Assembly: GCA_964402905.1 (NCBI GenBank)
Contig: CAYODU010000003.1
Coordinates: 1 to 41,112 of the forward strand
DNA from: an uncultured archaeon
GTDB taxonomy: Archaea > Iainarchaeota > Iainarchaeia > Iainarchaeales > JAAZKV01
Direction of reading: 5' to 3'
Length of the DNA stretch: 41,112 nucleotides
Both the position numbers and the translations under genes were made by a program. This document shows, piece after piece, positions 40,608 to 41,112 of this stretch. The notes under the pieces are model-generated. The model was not told the DNA's origin. It searched no databases and saw only the letters and a program-made list of their open reading frames with translations. How positions within the stretch are numbered: position 1 is the first letter of the stretch; each line of letters starts with the position of its first letter.

Positions 40608-41112
40608 ATGAAAAAATTCTTTTTAGAGGGATATGGCTGTTCGCTAAATATGGGCGAAACTGAGCAAATTGCTGGTTTTTTAAAAAAAAATAAATTTGAG
40701 AAAACCGTTTTGGTAAAAAAAGCTGATTTCATTATTATTAATACTTGTTCTGTAAAAATGGTTACTGAACAAAGAATGCTTTCAAGAATAAATTTTCTTC
40801 TCAAATCCAAAAAAGAAAGCGCAAAATTAATTGTCGTGGGTTGTTTTGCAAAAACAAATGCAAAAACAATTCAAAATATTTCAAAGGAAATAATTGTTCT
40901 TGATACAAAGCTCTCTTCTCTGTGTGAAGTGTTGCAAATTAAAAAGCAAGACTTTTCTCCAGAAATACTAGAAGAAAAATCCCATGAAAAGATATCAATT
41001 ATCCCGATTTCAATCGGGTGTTTAGGGAATTGTTCTTATTGTGCTACACGCCTTGCCCGCGGGGAGCTTTCTTCATATTCTTTGACACAGATAAATCTTT
41101 CTTTTAAGAGGG
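40608..41112 (+). CDS. MiaB-like radical SAM tRNA methylthiotransferase (e-MtaB/CDKAL1-like), 5' partial, runs off the window
   Basis: My translation is MKKFFLEGYGCSLNMGETEQIAGFL...INTCSVK...IGCLGNCSYCATRLARG, giving a UPF0004 N-domain Cys pattern and a CxxxCxxC radical SAM cluster. There is no stop before the window end, so it is absent from the ORF track. Confidence 0.8.
   Translation, partial: MKKFFLEGYGCSLNMGETEQIAGFLKKNKFEKTVLVKKADFIIINTCSVKMVTEQRMLSRINFLLKSKKESAKLIVVGCFAKTNAKTIQNISKEIIVLDTKLSSLCEVLQIKKQDFSPEILEEKSHEKISIIPISIGCLGNCSYCATRLARGELSSYSLTQINLSFKR

Noticed and set aside
40574-40810. 78-aa minus-strand ORF, together with the 39819..40004 minus-strand ORF.
   Set aside because: They are antisense to the MiaB-like gene and to the membrane-protein gene respectively, and no motifs were seen.
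1-41112. Search for defence systems, prophage or mobile elements, introns and inteins.
   Set aside because: I recognised no integrase, transposase, cas gene, restriction-modification system, toxin-antitoxin pair or intein signature. HerA and NurA here look like the housekeeping repair pair, with Rad50 nearby, rather than a defence island. A profile-HMM scan (DefenseFinder/PADLOC type) would be needed to exclude divergent systems.

Overview
AT-rich, gene-dense archaeal chromosome segment. Archaeal informational genes are present: RpoK, ribosomal S17e, aEF-1beta, RFC small subunit, class I CCA-adding enzyme, Pelota, ABCE1, Elp3, Pth2, NreA and HerA/NurA/Rad50. Short spacers, many overlapping stop/start codons, small proteins and few metabolic genes suggest a reduced DPANN-like archaeon; this is inference only. 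I recognised no transposase, integrase, CRISPR array or known defence gene. Main blocks: (1) a minus-strand operon 3641->106 with ArsR regulator, NifS, IscU, Pth2, a hypothetical protein and a circularly permuted GTPase. (2) Dispersed double-strand-break repair genes nurA, herA and rad50, plus a truncated, catalytically degenerate family-B polymerase homologue after herA; all four are preceded by a shared CGGCAC-centred box (GTTCGGCAC at three of them) about 14 nt upstream of a TATA-like element. (3) Translation and tRNA genes: rpoK-rps17e, aEF-1beta plus Zn-ribbon, tRNA-Arg(TCG), cca, Taw3-like, Elp3, Pelota, ABCE1 and a partial MiaB-like gene. (4) A 10.6-kb minus-strand Epd/Tad-like type IV pilus supercluster (34527->23913): ATPase, two TadB/C-like platform genes, prepilin peptidase and 11 class III signal-peptide genes. 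One pilin gene is missing from the ORF track, and a JAMM / TctA-like / membrane-anchored module sits inside the cluster. (5) thrS preceded by a 19-codon mini-ORF with six consecutive Thr codons, a candidate leader peptide. (6) rfcS, an unknown gene, nreA and a Cys-rich protein gene. The most unusual items are the Thr-run leader ORF, the shared repair-gene promoter box and the dead mini-PolB. All calls rest on motif recognition by eye, with no database search.
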